Position numbers and translations under genes: made by a program. The notes beneath the pieces are model-generated. The model was not told the DNA's origin, did no database searches, and saw only the letters and a list, made by a program, of their open reading frames with translations. A stretch of 63,292 nt of DNA, counting the filler, from Sluysia triapertura (lineage: Eukaryota), in the NCBI GenBank assembly GCA_046118255.1. It is 5 parts of 5 records of this genome, joined end to end, with 100 filler letters (N's around TTAATTAATTAA, not from the genome) between each part and the next. Parts side by side here need not be neighbours in the genome. Positions count along the whole stretch, not along the records: positions 1 to 16,260 come from JBJNIA010207701.1; 4 more parts are not named here. The stretch is one strand, 5' to 3'. Shown here piece by piece: positions 1 through 12,317 of the stretch (position 1 is the first letter of the stretch; the number at the start of each line of letters is the position of its first letter).

Positions 1-662
1 CAATGTAATTCTTTGAGATAGGGTGTTATATGAGATCTTCTTCCAACTTGGAGAATTAATCTTGCTGCTTGATTAATGACAAAATTACTCTTAAAATTTA
101 TAATATAAAACTATATTGTGAATTATAAATTAAGACAAAAGTAATAACATAATAATAAACAATAAAGTGAATAAAATAATAATAATTAAAATTAAGCCAG
201 AAAAATAGAAACATATAGACTATAAAGTAATAACAAACTATAATGTAAATGAAATAATATCAAAAAAGTAATTTTACTATATATTAATGTATCACAAAAA
301 TTAAAAAAAGGCGTTATTATGAATAAATCAAATATAAATAGATGGGTTCCATTCAATCATTTCAAGTTATTTATTGAAGGTATTTGGTATTCAACTGCTG
401 TTCGAGTTAAAGGTATTTGGTATATAATTATTTTTGAGTCAAAGGTATTTAATAACTAACTGTTACTTGAATAACTGATATTTCATAATTTAAAATACAT
501 TAACATTTTAACTTTGAATATTTATCAGAACAACATTTGAAATAATTAAAATGTTAAATTTAAATTTAAAGAAATTTACGAGCGCCCAAATATAACAACG
601 TGTGGTATATTTTATATTATTCGAATTATTTCGTTTTATAGACTTATTAAAGATGTTACTTA

Positions 663-1048
663 TGTTGGAGTAAAAAGGCCTAAGATGCCACTTGGTATAA
701 TTGAATATAATAAAAATAAAATTGGTAGACGTGGCTGATAGCTCAGTGGTGGAGAATCGAACTGCAAAGCGAGAGGTCCCGGGTTCGATCCGGTCTGTCC
801 ATTTTATGAAGTCTAACGTTTGGTGAGACCACATATCGAATATCCTTCTGATGTTGAATTAAATGATTTATAAGATGTTTGAGACAAACATTATTGAATT
901 GGATGACATATGTTGGGATACATGCGTAAAGTGCAATTTAGTATAATGAACTATAATAATCTAAAATAGCTCAGTGGTAGAGCATCGAACTGCGCAGCAA
1001 AAGGTCCCAGGTTCGATCTCCGAGCAGTCCATTTTACGAAGTCTAACA
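663..1048 (+). mobile_element. Miniature non-autonomous LTR retrotransposon (TRIM) with tRNA-containing LTRs, Helenus-like
   Basis: LTR1 663-818 (TGTTG...GTCTAACG) and LTR2 911-1048 (TGTTG...GTCTAACA). Each holds A-box TAGCTCAGTGG, B-box GGTTCGATC and the tail GTCCATTTTAYGAAGTCTAAC. The 92-bp spacer begins TT-TGG (PBS-like). 4-bp TSD CTTA at 659-662 and 1049-1052. Confidence 0.75.
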
Positions 1049-1104
1049 CTTACATTTAGTAACTAAATTTTTAATCAGTTTAGTTTATATTACTTGGTTT
1101 TAAG

Positions 1105-1311
1105 AAGAGCTTTAATTTTAACATTAATCAAACAAAATTGCTCTCCATCTCTTACCCGAGACGAATGAACTGTAACCTCCAATCATTATTATAAGTGTTA
1201 GAAATTAATTATCTTATGCTCCTCAATTGCAATATTTGAACGTTTAAGTCGAGCAGAAAGTTATTACTTAAGACTTAACATTTTTAAAACCTATTCTAAC
1301 ATATTCTAACA
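1105..1311 (+). repeat. Dispersed LTR-like repeat (family C), copy 1
   Basis: Core like CTYCAYCTCTTA...GAGACGA.TGAAC.GTAACCTCC, shared with about 26070-26135 and 41037-41085. All three copies are followed by a TTCTAACA end. Confidence 0.55.
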
Positions 1312-1488
1312 TATTGAACTATTCTAAATAAGTTCAATATTTACAAAACACTTGTCACTTAAATTAATTATAACAAATTATTATTATTATTAAAATTAAT
1401 TATTAGCATTAATTATAATTCTAAACACGTATTGAAAAATAATACTTATTTGTGAGAAATTAATGTTTAATTTTCTTCAATCGTTTAA

Positions 1489-1681
1489 CCCATTCGCTGC
1501 CAAGCCCAAATTATATGAAATCATCCCCACTGCCATTTATATTTTGAGCGTTATTGTTTACCAAAACCCTGTTTGTGGCAAAAAAAATTTGCTTATTCAA
1601 AAGCCTGCATGTTATAATACATTTAAAGTAGGACGAGTATACTCGTCTTGGCAATGCATGACACCCTTGGCAGCGAATGGG
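1489..1681. mobile_element. piggyBac-type MITE
   Basis: Perfect 16-bp TIR CCCATTCGCTGCCAAG / CTTGGCAGCGAATGGG, with TTAA at 1485-1488 and 1682-1685. Confidence 0.92.
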
Positions 1682-2275
1682 TTAAATAAAATGGAAAATA
1701 CAGTATTTTCATAAATAGAATTTTGCAATAATTGATAAATATTAAATCACGCAAGATTTGGAAGAAAATATGACATTAGAAACTTACTTAAAATTAATAG
1801 AATTTTAAGTTATTTCCTAATAGATTAATTCAAGAACGTTTTATCTTATCTATTAGTAATGAAATTATTTGTAACAATGTTTAACGTGTCAACACTAAAT
1901 AATGTATTTTTGTTCTAGAGATTACATTATAATTAAGCCCAATGTGATAAAATTCTTGATTTCAAACTACTAAAGTGCAATAAGACTTTGCAGAAACAAT
2001 AAATAGTCAAACAATTCTAAAATCCTAATATCTAAAACGAAATCGTGACCGAAAAGAGGAGAGATATTTAAAAAATTATAATCTTTTATGGTTATACTCG
2101 AGTGAAGTAATCGTTGTCAAATTTGAAACTAGTAATTAATTAATTAATTATTCTCTTTGGTTTATATGTTAAATTTTATTTAGTCTTTTTGGTTTATCTT
2201 GCGTAGCGAGATAACCTGGTTTTTATCACGCTTTACAAGTTTCAGTTAAACACTGATCTGTCTAGACTACTTTAA

Positions 2276-2569
2276 CCCTTTGAGTCCGGCGAAGCGCTAT
2301 CACGCTTCACTTGTCGTATGCCAAAAATACGGCGCAGCGCGATAGCGCTTTTCTTGTTGCTACTGTTGTTAAAAAAGGAGTTCATGAAATTTGTGCAGCT
2401 TAACATTTTTGTAATAAGTGAAAATAAAATAGTTTTTTGTTCAAAATTACTTGTTACATAACAATTAGTGTTAATTATAACCATTTTCATTGTTTCCCCC
2501 AAAAAATACCACCAATTTCATCCCGGACTTTTAGCATATGCATAAAAAAATTATCCCGCACTCAAACGG
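2276..2569. mobile_element. piggyBac-type MITE, second family
   Basis: TTAA|CCCTTTGAGTCCGG ... CCGCACTCAAACGG|TTAA, with internal palindrome AGCGCTATCACGCT...AGCGCGATAGCGCT. Confidence 0.88.
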
Positions 2570-4456
2570 TTAAGACAATAAGAAAGATAAAGTAGAGAAA
2601 CTATAATATTAAAATAGCAATAATTCCAATAATAAAAAATGTGATAAAATAACAAATTTAACAATAAAAATAACGATAACACTGTGAATGGAAAAGATTG
2701 TTTTCAGAGGTATTTTAAAAGTAAATCTGTCAACTTTAGATTTAGCTAAATGTCAATAGTAACACAGGTAGAACATGCTTCAAGGTACTTGATTTGTGAG
2801 ATGCGTTGTGTTATAAAAGCAACAATAGCAGTAACAATAATGATATTAAAATTTTAATTTTATAATGTGAGTATGTTTGAAAGTGCATTATTATTTGTGA
2901 ATTGATGATTTGGGTTTTGACTTACCACACTAACATTACCCAATATTGTACTTTAAGTATTATTTAAATAAGATGAAACATATCTAATTAGGTTATGCTA
3001 CTCTAAAGTTTTTTATACCTCATTGGCGTTAAGGTTAGGTGAATATTTCAGATTAATTGTTATATTATTAATATTTAACATATAATGTTTAACCATACGA
3101 GAATCATGAGATGGAATATTACAGTGGTTCATCATTTGAATGTTTTGTACGTCTATATGATTTGTTGAATTCGTTGTGTCAAATATGTTTATCAAGCTTC
3201 TTTCAGAGTATGATTTTTAAAAATCATAAGAGAAAATAGTAATTTTATTTCAAAAAACAATAATTTCGAATATTTTTAGTTTGGTTTGAGAAACACTTTT
3301 AATTGATAATTTGAATATTTTTAATGAGAAAAAGCATTTTTATTTTTTAATGAAAAGTAATAAAGTGTGAAATATGACATTCTTGATTCCAGAAGAACTG
3401 CAATATAAGTTATTGATTTAAAAAGGGTAGCTTTTATACAGTTAAAATAATAAATAAAAAATTTACGAATTACTGCTAAAATTTCGAGATTATTCTAAAA
3501 TAAATTATCAAAACTGCGACACTTAGTACGAGGAAGACCTTTACGAAGATAAATTATAAAAAATCGTTAGTATGTTACTATGATATAAGTATAAGTTAGC
3601 AACAATTCGGTGGAAGTTACATTAAGCCAGTTATAAAATCGATTACTAAATCAAATTGTTCTACATTAGGCCATGCCTAATTATTAAAGTTTTTATTTGT
3701 TATTTGTTGGTAAAATTTATACTTATTGTACCATAAAGTACAAATTTTCTGTTATATCATTTGTTATAGACATATAAAAGAAAAAATAATTAAATTTAGA
3801 TAATATTGTGTTCTTTCATTTGTTATTGGAAAACTCATTAAGTTTAGAGTTGACTTTAAAATTTGAGCAATAACCCTCAGAATCTCGTTGGCAAATATTT
3901 AAATCCTGTAGGTGCCTCGTTAAGTAAAACCTAAAACGTATACAGTTAGTGAACCCATAAGTAAAAATCAAATTTTACAAAACGCCGTAAGGCTTTCCTT
4001 ATAAAATAAAAGCTTACATTCTGTTCCTCGTAGTTGATATAAATATTGGAACACAAGAACATATTTTTGTTATATTTACGATTTGACGATCATATTGTTC
4101 AAAAAATAATATATTTTTCAATAAATATTTTTGGAGAACATTACAGTCTTTTCTTTGTACTTTCTAATCACAAATTATCTAAAACAGAAACGCTAAAAAA
4201 TTTAATTATAAAATTTTTATAAAACTAAATCAAACTAGTATGGCTGATAAAATAATAAAGTACAAAAATTGGCTCAAAACGATCCATGTTTTATACACGT
4301 TATAAGCCAGTTTCTTTTGTAATGCAACTATACTGTCACATAAAATCTTTATTCTTTCATACAATAATAAACTCCAATAAACTTAAAGCAAATTAAATTG
4401 TCTATTATTGTTTCTGTGAGAAATTTTACTTTAAACCTTTAGGTTTTTACTTATAT

Positions 4457-5047
4457 TGTGAGACCCCTATGATGTTGGACTTACACAATTAAGGTCCAAC
4501 TCATAGGTGTCATCGTAAAAATAAGGTTGGAAGCTTTTGGGAAGTCAATAAAGCAACAAGCTTGATTTGTAATGATTTGAATCCGCTGTATAGCAAGGTT
4601 AGTTTCTCAATTTATATTCGATCTAAGTTGATCTGATAAGGTTTTTTAATTAAAATGTATACTAAAATTATAATTTATTACGATACGTGTATTTTAAAAT
4701 ATATTATAATTATATAAATGGATTGATTTTTGAAAGAATGCTCCATAAACAGTACCGTGAAGGAAAATTATAAGTTCTAAATTTTATTAATAAACGAGAT
4801 AGACAAAATTTTTTAAATATAAATTTCACTGACAAAAGTACTGAAAATTTAATACAATTATGTCGATGTAATACTACATTTCAGTGAAATGTAATAACAA
4901 ATGTAAATTCTACTAATAAGCAATGATATTAAAAAATTTAATTATAATGTAACAACAAATAAAAATTCTTCTAATAGGCAATAATATTAATACATTCAAT
5001 TAAAGATATGATTATAACTATTTTAAATATTGTTTCTTGAATTCACA
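4457..5047 (+). mobile_element. Solo LTR (family B)
   Basis: TGTGAGACCC start, CTTGAATTCACA end, ATAT on both flanks. Related starts at 5759(-), about 9080, 16615 and 21896. Confidence 0.55.
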
Positions 5048-5309
5048 ATATTTAGTATTAATATTATAAATAGATTTTGTATGTGTAATTAAATATTAAC
5101 AAAGATTAAATTAAAATTTTAGTTGATTTTAATATTTTTTGTAAAATAAATTGTCTTATAATTTATAAACAAACAACGTATAGTACTCAAATGATCGAAG
5201 GATTTAAAAATTTAATAGAAATCCTCTTTAATGAGTTCTGTTTCAAATGATTATAATTGATCGGTAAAATAATCGAGAATAAAACTTGTAAAGTTTTTTC
5301 CTTCTTGAT

Positions 5310-5759
5310 TGTGAATTAAAGTTTTTTCCTCTAACACGATATATATATATATATATATATATCCAATTTTTTTGTTTAAACAACCTTGATATTATATCAA
5401 TATAAATTGTTTATTTAATCTCTTGCCAAAAATTACATTCTTAAGTTAACTATCTTCACGTACTATTAACTTACATAGATTCAAAATTTTATTTAAAATC
5501 AATTTCATATAATTGAAATTAATATTAATTTTGTTTATAGATCCTATTTAATCGCGATCTTACGTAAAATCCCTATTTAAATCGTCATTGCAATAAAGGC
5601 GAAAACTAACTATTGGCATTATCACATTAGATAAATCTTCGTACTTGATTAAAGAAATTTCATTTTATAATTCCAATTGTTCTAAGATTAACTGCCTTTT
5701 ATACGCCACTTACGTTTTAGCCCTTAAGTGAGTATTTCTGATATCGAAAGGGACTCACA
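5310..5759 (-). mobile_element. Solo LTR (family B), inverted copy
   Basis: Minus strand starts TGTGAGTCCC...ACTTAAGGGCTAA..CGTAAGT, matching 21896, and ends CTTTAATTCACA like the 4457 copy. No matching TSD. Confidence 0.5.
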
Positions 5760-6706
5760 AAAGTTAAATTTGTTTACAAATAGCTGAAATACAAAAATCT
5801 TGAATTATTATTATTATCAATCAAGTTTCTATCAAATATTTTTCATTTATTATAATTAATTCTATGCTTTTGAAGTATTGTAATTTACTTCGTTGACCAC
5901 CTCCCCTTTTTCTTTCCAATAGACTTGTCCTCAGATACTTTTTAACATTTATTGATCTAGTAACTTGTTTACCACAAACTTATTTTTCTATGTAGATATT
6001 TAAGTAATAAGACATTTTCTTTGTCTGAGATGGAAATAGTTTTATCGAATTTAATTATATTTTTTTGAATTTTTTGCTAAATTATAATTGAATTAAAATT
6101 TCCTAAAGTATAATTTTTTAAGAAATAATTTAATTTTAATTAAATTAATTATTTATATTAATTTTATTTTGATATTTAAACGTTTTATTTAAGTTTTTAT
6201 ATTAACTTTGCTTATTTGCTCAATATTGTATTATAATACTGTGAAAATAATAATTAACGATTTTAATTATAGTCTTCGTGCTATTTACGGAAAGACACTT
6301 ATTTCTAATGCAGTACATGGAAGTTCTAATATAGAAAAGTTTCGGCATGAAATGTCAATTATCTTTCCTGATGGTTCGTTTTAGATATCCATTTTATGAA
6401 ATTATTTGAATTAATTTTAATAGCAGCATCATGTTTGAGAATCTTTGTGGTTTATCAACTGAAATTAGACATTTTATTGGTGTATCATTAAGTGTTGTTA
6501 ATAAATAGCCTTTTGAGGACATTTAAAAGAATTTAATTCATTGTTTGATTGGTAACAGTGCTCAAGGAACTTTAAAATACATTAAAAATAATATAAAACT
6601 TTAATATATTCGAAATATTTATTCAAAATGTGCTTATTACTTCGTGACCAATTTTTATTCTAGGATCCTGAATCATAGCGAACCAAAATAAATTTTGACA
6701 TCTTAA

Positions 6707-6770
6707 CACGTTCATTACCGGCGCTTGAGATGTAAACCTTGTACCACAACCCATGGAAATTTTTCTTATG
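6707..6770 (+). mobile_element. piggyBac-like terminus
   Basis: TTAA|CACGTTCATTACCGG...CTTGTACCACAACCCATGGAAATTT. A homologous end lies on the minus strand at about 21575-21634, followed by TTAA. Confidence 0.55.
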
Positions 6771-7124
6771 AAATGACTTTAAATAGTATTAGATTTTTTA
6801 ACGGCGGAAAAATAGTGCACCACCTTATCGAAAATTGATAAGGTAAACACTCCACACATTTATTTCAATTATTTCAACTATTATCTTTATAAAATATATT
6901 TTTTGTATCTGTGTCAATAGTTATCAGTAGTTATTAATTTATCAGATGTTTTTGAAATTGTACCGACAGATCTCGAGAAATCATAATTTGGCAATAACCA
7001 CATCTTTGGTAATAATTATTGCCACTTGTGCAACTTAAATTATTAAACAATATCTTTTTATTAATGTCCTTTAGCCACAATATAAATACTTTATTTCGTA
7101 CATGTAAATAAATATATTTAAAAG

Positions 7125-8325
7125 TGTGGTGGCTCACCTTATTATTCAAAATTTTAATACACCATAATATACTAAAGTTTATCATTCTACATCATCAAAA
7201 CCATGCATTACATCAAAAATCATTAAAATTATATTTTAAATTCAAATATAGTAATAAATTAAACGGAATTTCTCTTAACACCTTTAACTACACCACAACT
7301 CTGTTCATATTTTCTTTATTTTATTATTTTATCACGGACATCCTTTCTCGTCGACAAACGTTTCCAGATTATACTGTTTCAATAATTTTGATCTTTGTTT
7401 TATTCAATTTTTGTTTACTTAAACATTGAATTACAATAATAAAGAAAATGATAATAATCCAAATATTCTAAGCATTGATGATGATGATGATAATGATATC
7501 GATAGAATAAGCCAATCAAATTCATTATGCTTGATGGAAATGTGTGTACCTTTATAAATAATTGAAATATGCACCTGGAAATTCATAAATAAGAAAAATT
7601 TAAAATATTCATCTATAATTTGATAATGATGAAGATCGAATGACTTTGAAAGAGATGTTTGCGACTAATCATTATTTAATACAATTGTATGACACTATAT
7701 TAGAAGGTCTTGAAACTAAAGTTTTGCCTAATTCAATTAATCTTATACTTCATTTAGATACATTAGTAGAAAATGATGCAGTCATGATAGCAATGGAGAA
7801 AATTTTAAAAATGAATCTAAACGAAATGATATTCATACAAATTAAAGACGATTTTAGTTTAATTGAATTTAATTACTGGAATGAGAGTTATGAATTAGTT
7901 AAAATGAGATTTAATGTACGACATCAAGCTATTCCTTTAGGTGAGTCTGACGAGCGTTGTAAAGAAAATGTTTTTGTGAGTTTATTAATAATATTTTATA
8001 TTTTGGTCGACATATGCGATCAAACTATGAAGCTATACCATCACCTAACTATTCTCGTATATTAAACCATGATAAAAGTTTGAAATTAATTAAGCAAACA
8101 ATTGATATAAACTATCAGTTTTCTACTGGGTTTCCTGAAGATTTGACAATGATTTTTGAGCCGGTTTGGTTTATTCAATTGTTTGTAAGAAATATAGAAA
8201 CTATTAGTATTATTATTATAAATTTACAATATGGAATTGTTAAAGAAGTATTCACTACTAAAAGAAGATTGATTATTTTGACACTTTTAAAGATTTTACG
8301 TTATATGTTAAAATTCTTCATTTAA
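7125..8325 (+). mobile_element. Family-A LTR-like start followed by a decayed ORF of unknown function (7640-8325)
   Basis: TGTGGTGGCTCACC start and a C/A-rich tract like the copies at 32379, 57491 and 60171. Two overlapping ORFs look like one frameshifted gene. Confidence 0.45.
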
Positions 8326-9857
8326 AAAATATATTAAATTTTAAAGCTTATAAAAGCTTTTATATTGATTTTGATTTAAAATATATTTACAAATTAAAAA
8401 GTATAATTACGTCGAAATTTAACTTTTTATAAAATTAGTTATATTATTTTCAATGATGTACTAAAGAACGTTAGAGTGACGAGTGATTTGAATCCAGTTG
8501 ACGTATATGCTGTTATAACTACTAATGAAAAAGTAGCATATACAAACTTAAATATTAATCAGTGGCGAAACCATCACGTATCAGCAAGATCGACCAGCAA
8601 TCTAAGATGTAAGAATTTTATGCTCAATATGACTTATTTTATTCAAATGTCAAGAGTGATTGAAAATTTTATGTCGTGGTCAATATATAAAACAATTTTG
8701 TATTATTATATTATAGAATTTTTATTTTATAATGAATTTGTTACATGCCTTAAGCACCAATTTTATAATTATATTTCTTTTAAAATTAATACGAATTTTC
8801 ATATTGAATTAGACGATAGAATTAATAGTAATGCAAGTAATAATAATAATTTTATAATTAATGAATATAAAAAGCATAATTGTAAAGCTAATAAAAATAA
8901 AACCACAATAATGGAGAATATTAAAAAATAGTGGTGAAGTCGAATTCATTAAAAAGCTTGCTTAACCTCCACTTACTTATGCTCATAAAATAGCAAGAAT
9001 TAACATTGTCGAAAATCTAAACATTTCTAAGAATTTCTAAACACTTAATTATATTTAATTATAATGTTGTGTTTATATGTGTGAATCCTCTATGACTACA
9101 CATTTTAAGGGCCGATGCATATATGTCACCGTAAAAGAAAATGGGAAGTAATGGAGATCAAAAGATGATATTTTCAATTGTGTATGTTTCAAATAATTTG
9201 TATACGATCTAAAAGGATCTTTTAGATAAAATTTAAATTTATTATTATGAAAAATTAACTTTTATTATATGATTATTTTATTAAATTATAATTATATAAT
9301 TTAGTTGGTTACATATATCAAGAAGATATATAATTTTGGAAATTTTTGAATGCTATAGTTGTCAATAAATAGAAAAATTACTAGCGTCACATTTATCTCT
9401 TAATTCTTCTAGAATATGTATTTTTATTCTTTTTAATCAATGTATTGGTGGAGGATAATTGCGTATGTTTACGTATCATTAATATTAACTTATTAACTTT
9501 GAAAGGTTTATTTCTTTATAATACATAAAAACTCTAGTCTTCTAAATAATTTAATTTACAATACAAATTATGCGATAAATTATACAAACAACTGGTAAAA
9601 TGTTAAAAATGTTAAAAAACAAATGAAAATCAATATTCAAAAGTTAAATTTTGGTAGAAGTTTATTTCGATAAATTTATTGAAATTAATAATTAATAAAT
9701 ATTTATCAAATTAACTATTAATGCAATTCTTTTGTAATTTTTGTTAATTAATTAGACTTAATAGACAAGACAAAATAATAAAAGCAAACTAAAAGAGATT
9801 TATTAAACATATAATCTAAGTTAAATTTGATTGTTTTTAAAGAAATATGTGTCATCA

Positions 9858-11085
9858 TTATATTATACATAAGTTTATTGAAATACTATACATTTTTGCA
9901 CATACTGGAGAGCAGACTTTGGAATAAATAATGTTAAAATCATGATTAACTAAAAAAGAAATTAGAATTAGAATTAAAAGATCGTACTTGGAATATAGAA
10001 TACGATGTTCTTCTATTTTTGAATTGAGACCATGATTTATAACATGTTGTGGCAAATGGTAGATTATAATATGACATATAGAAAATAAAGTGTCTTTTGT
10101 ATCGATTGTACCGTCTTGATGTCTACCATGTCCCGGATAGATATATCGATTGTATCATTAGTTTCATGACTTAATGACCATTCCTCTAATAATAGGTTGT
10201 AGTCTAGCGAATAGATCATCATTTGTGTCGATTGCAATGCCTTGATGTCTACATATTTCATTAATAAAAATCATAACCATAATCATAAAAATCATAATCG
10301 GATACAAATGTTGATTGTATCAATAGTTTCATGATTTGATGACCATTTCTCTAATAACAGTGCACATATATCTGGTCTTTCCACTAATTTAGCATCATTT
10401 CCAAAAGATCCTTCAAAATTATCTTCAAACAATAAAGCGGCACAGTCCCGATTTTTCATAATTTGTCCCGCGTCCCGCGACGTTTTTCAAAGTCCCGACT
10501 TGTAGAATTAAGTTAAATTTTATATTTATGAAAATCATTGTTTTGCGTTCTAAGAATCCTTCAATTTGTTTTGCGATTTTTCTACAGTAAATCAAATGTG
10601 GACATCAGAAAAATCAAAATTAAGTGTCGAACTTTGAAAGCCCTTTTATGTGTCAAATATAAATTGACAAATTCTTGTGATGATTTTTACAATATTTTAT
10701 TATATAATGACAACAATCTACTGAAACAAATTCACTCAAATAAAAAATATGTCAAGGAATAAAATATTATACAGTTATATTTATAAATTGTATTTATGTT
10801 AAAAATAAAAAAATATTACGATATTATTTTTATTCTGTATGAAAATTTTTGTTGATACTTCCCGCTTTGCCCATCTAAATATTTGGTCACCTTGAACAAT
10901 AATGAAAAATCTATTTCAGTAATAAATCGCTGAGGAAATGTAGTTGGTAAAATGCTTGAAATATTCATGTAATCATTGATTGTTTTCTTATTTAACTACA
11001 TATCATAAACATAGTCATTACTTTTAAAATTCAAAAGAAAACTTTTATCCTTGTGTTTAATTATGTAGAAAAACTGTGTTTTCAT
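9858..11085 (-). pseudogene. Decayed intronless ORF of unknown function with an internal repeat, split by a hAT insertion
   Basis: Begins MKTQFFYIIKHKDKSF. Removing the hAT and one TSD copy restores ...EIDFSLLFEDNFEG.... Repeated unit LLLE(K/E)WS..HET.DTI.I.IR and VDIK..QS.Q. Confidence 0.45.
10436..10894 (+). mobile_element. Internally deleted hAT (Blackjack-like) DNA transposon
   Basis: 8-bp TSD AACAATAA at 10428-10435 and 10895-10902. GTCCCG subterminal repeats, right end TTGGTCACCTTG, and a transposase C-terminal remnant TLKALLCVKYKLTNSCDDFY...LLKQIHSNKKY. Confidence 0.85.
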
Positions 11086-12317
11086 TTATTTGCTAACTAA
11101 TTAATCTTGTAACTTAAATAAAATTTTACTTGCCACTTAAAATTGTTCTCAACATTTGTGTAGTAACAAAATCCGAGTTGGCATGCAACGGTTATAAAAC
11201 AAATGGTGACCAGAATGTACTATTGACTGTACATATTTATTTTATCGGTTGAATCATCTTTTAAAATAATTAAAATTAAATAAAATTAATTAATTCTACA
11301 TTTCAAATTTATCGTACTCTTTCGCATTTTCTATATTGTCATGAATTACACTAATCAAATATATTCATTTTTGAGTCTTTATTATATTTATGCAATATTT
11401 GATCTACATCTGTTGTTTCAATTTGAGCATTGTCAAACGTATTAAAAGAAAAATTGTACCAGGTACTTGAGACATCAGTAAAAGTACTTCTTGTTTTTGG
11501 TAAAATATATTTATTTAGTGAGTCATCAAAATTACCGATAAACGTTAAACCAGTATCACTAGAATAATTGAGTTTTATTTTGTTTTTTTTTAAATAGAAT
11601 AGAATAGAGAATGATAATACAGTTAAAGATGATGATTTAAAGAAAAAAGAAAATGAAGCTGGAAACTATAATAATAATCTGAAGAAAATGATTACTGTGA
11701 AATACGAGAAATGATAAATAAAATTGAAAATGTAGTAAAACAAAAGAATAAAGGAAACAAGCTGTTAAATTCGAACCGATTAGGAAAATAGATAGATGAA
11801 ATAATAAAAGATTTAGTAGCACCTAATAAACAACAAATAAGTTTACCTCAAAAAATCTACTATTGTTGAAGAAGTTATAAGAAGAAATAAAGTAAAGTAT
11901 GACACTAACTCAAGGAGTCAGAAATATGAGAAACAATTAAAAGAAAAAGGATGGTTAAAACCTGAAGAAAAGGTAAATATGCTAAGTAAAATGAAGAGTA
12001 TAAACCCTTGAAAATATTATAAATTTAAGGTAAATCCAATGAAATAAAGATACAGCTAGCAGAACTAATTAAAGATAAGATGCCACAAATCAGATCGGGA
12101 TCCTTCAGAATTTTATATCACAATGCAGTATTAGAATATGAAGACGGAATGATAATTAAACGAACCATAGTGGATGGCCTTACAAGTAACAAAATAATAA
12201 ATATAATGACGCACTTGACTATACAAAGAAATGGATATCAAGAAAACGCTTGCAATGGATTACTAAAAAGGAGGATGGAAGGCTATAATAGAGGAAATAA
12301 GTCCACAACAAGTAGAA

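Noticed and set aside
731-800. Functional tRNA-Cys(GCA) gene
   Set aside because: The stems are broken and the sequence lies within a repeated TG...CA unit.
508-834. 108-aa minus-strand ORF
   Set aside because: Antisense reading through the tRNA-LTR, with no protein features.
2190-2270. Helentron/HINE-like end (TTATCTTGCGTAGCGAGATAA; TTTTATCACGCTTTA)
   Set aside because: Too short, and no partner end identified.
6300-6605. Coding-like stretch (FPDGSF...LIHCLIGNSAQG); similar stretches at 15340-15900, 21000-21578 and 35600-36400
   Set aside because: Multiple stops and no recognisable family, so I cannot assign them without a search.
7940-7975. Hammerhead ribozyme core (CTGACGA...GAAA)
   Set aside because: No stem II or flanking stems. 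The other CTGATGA hits I checked also lack the fold.
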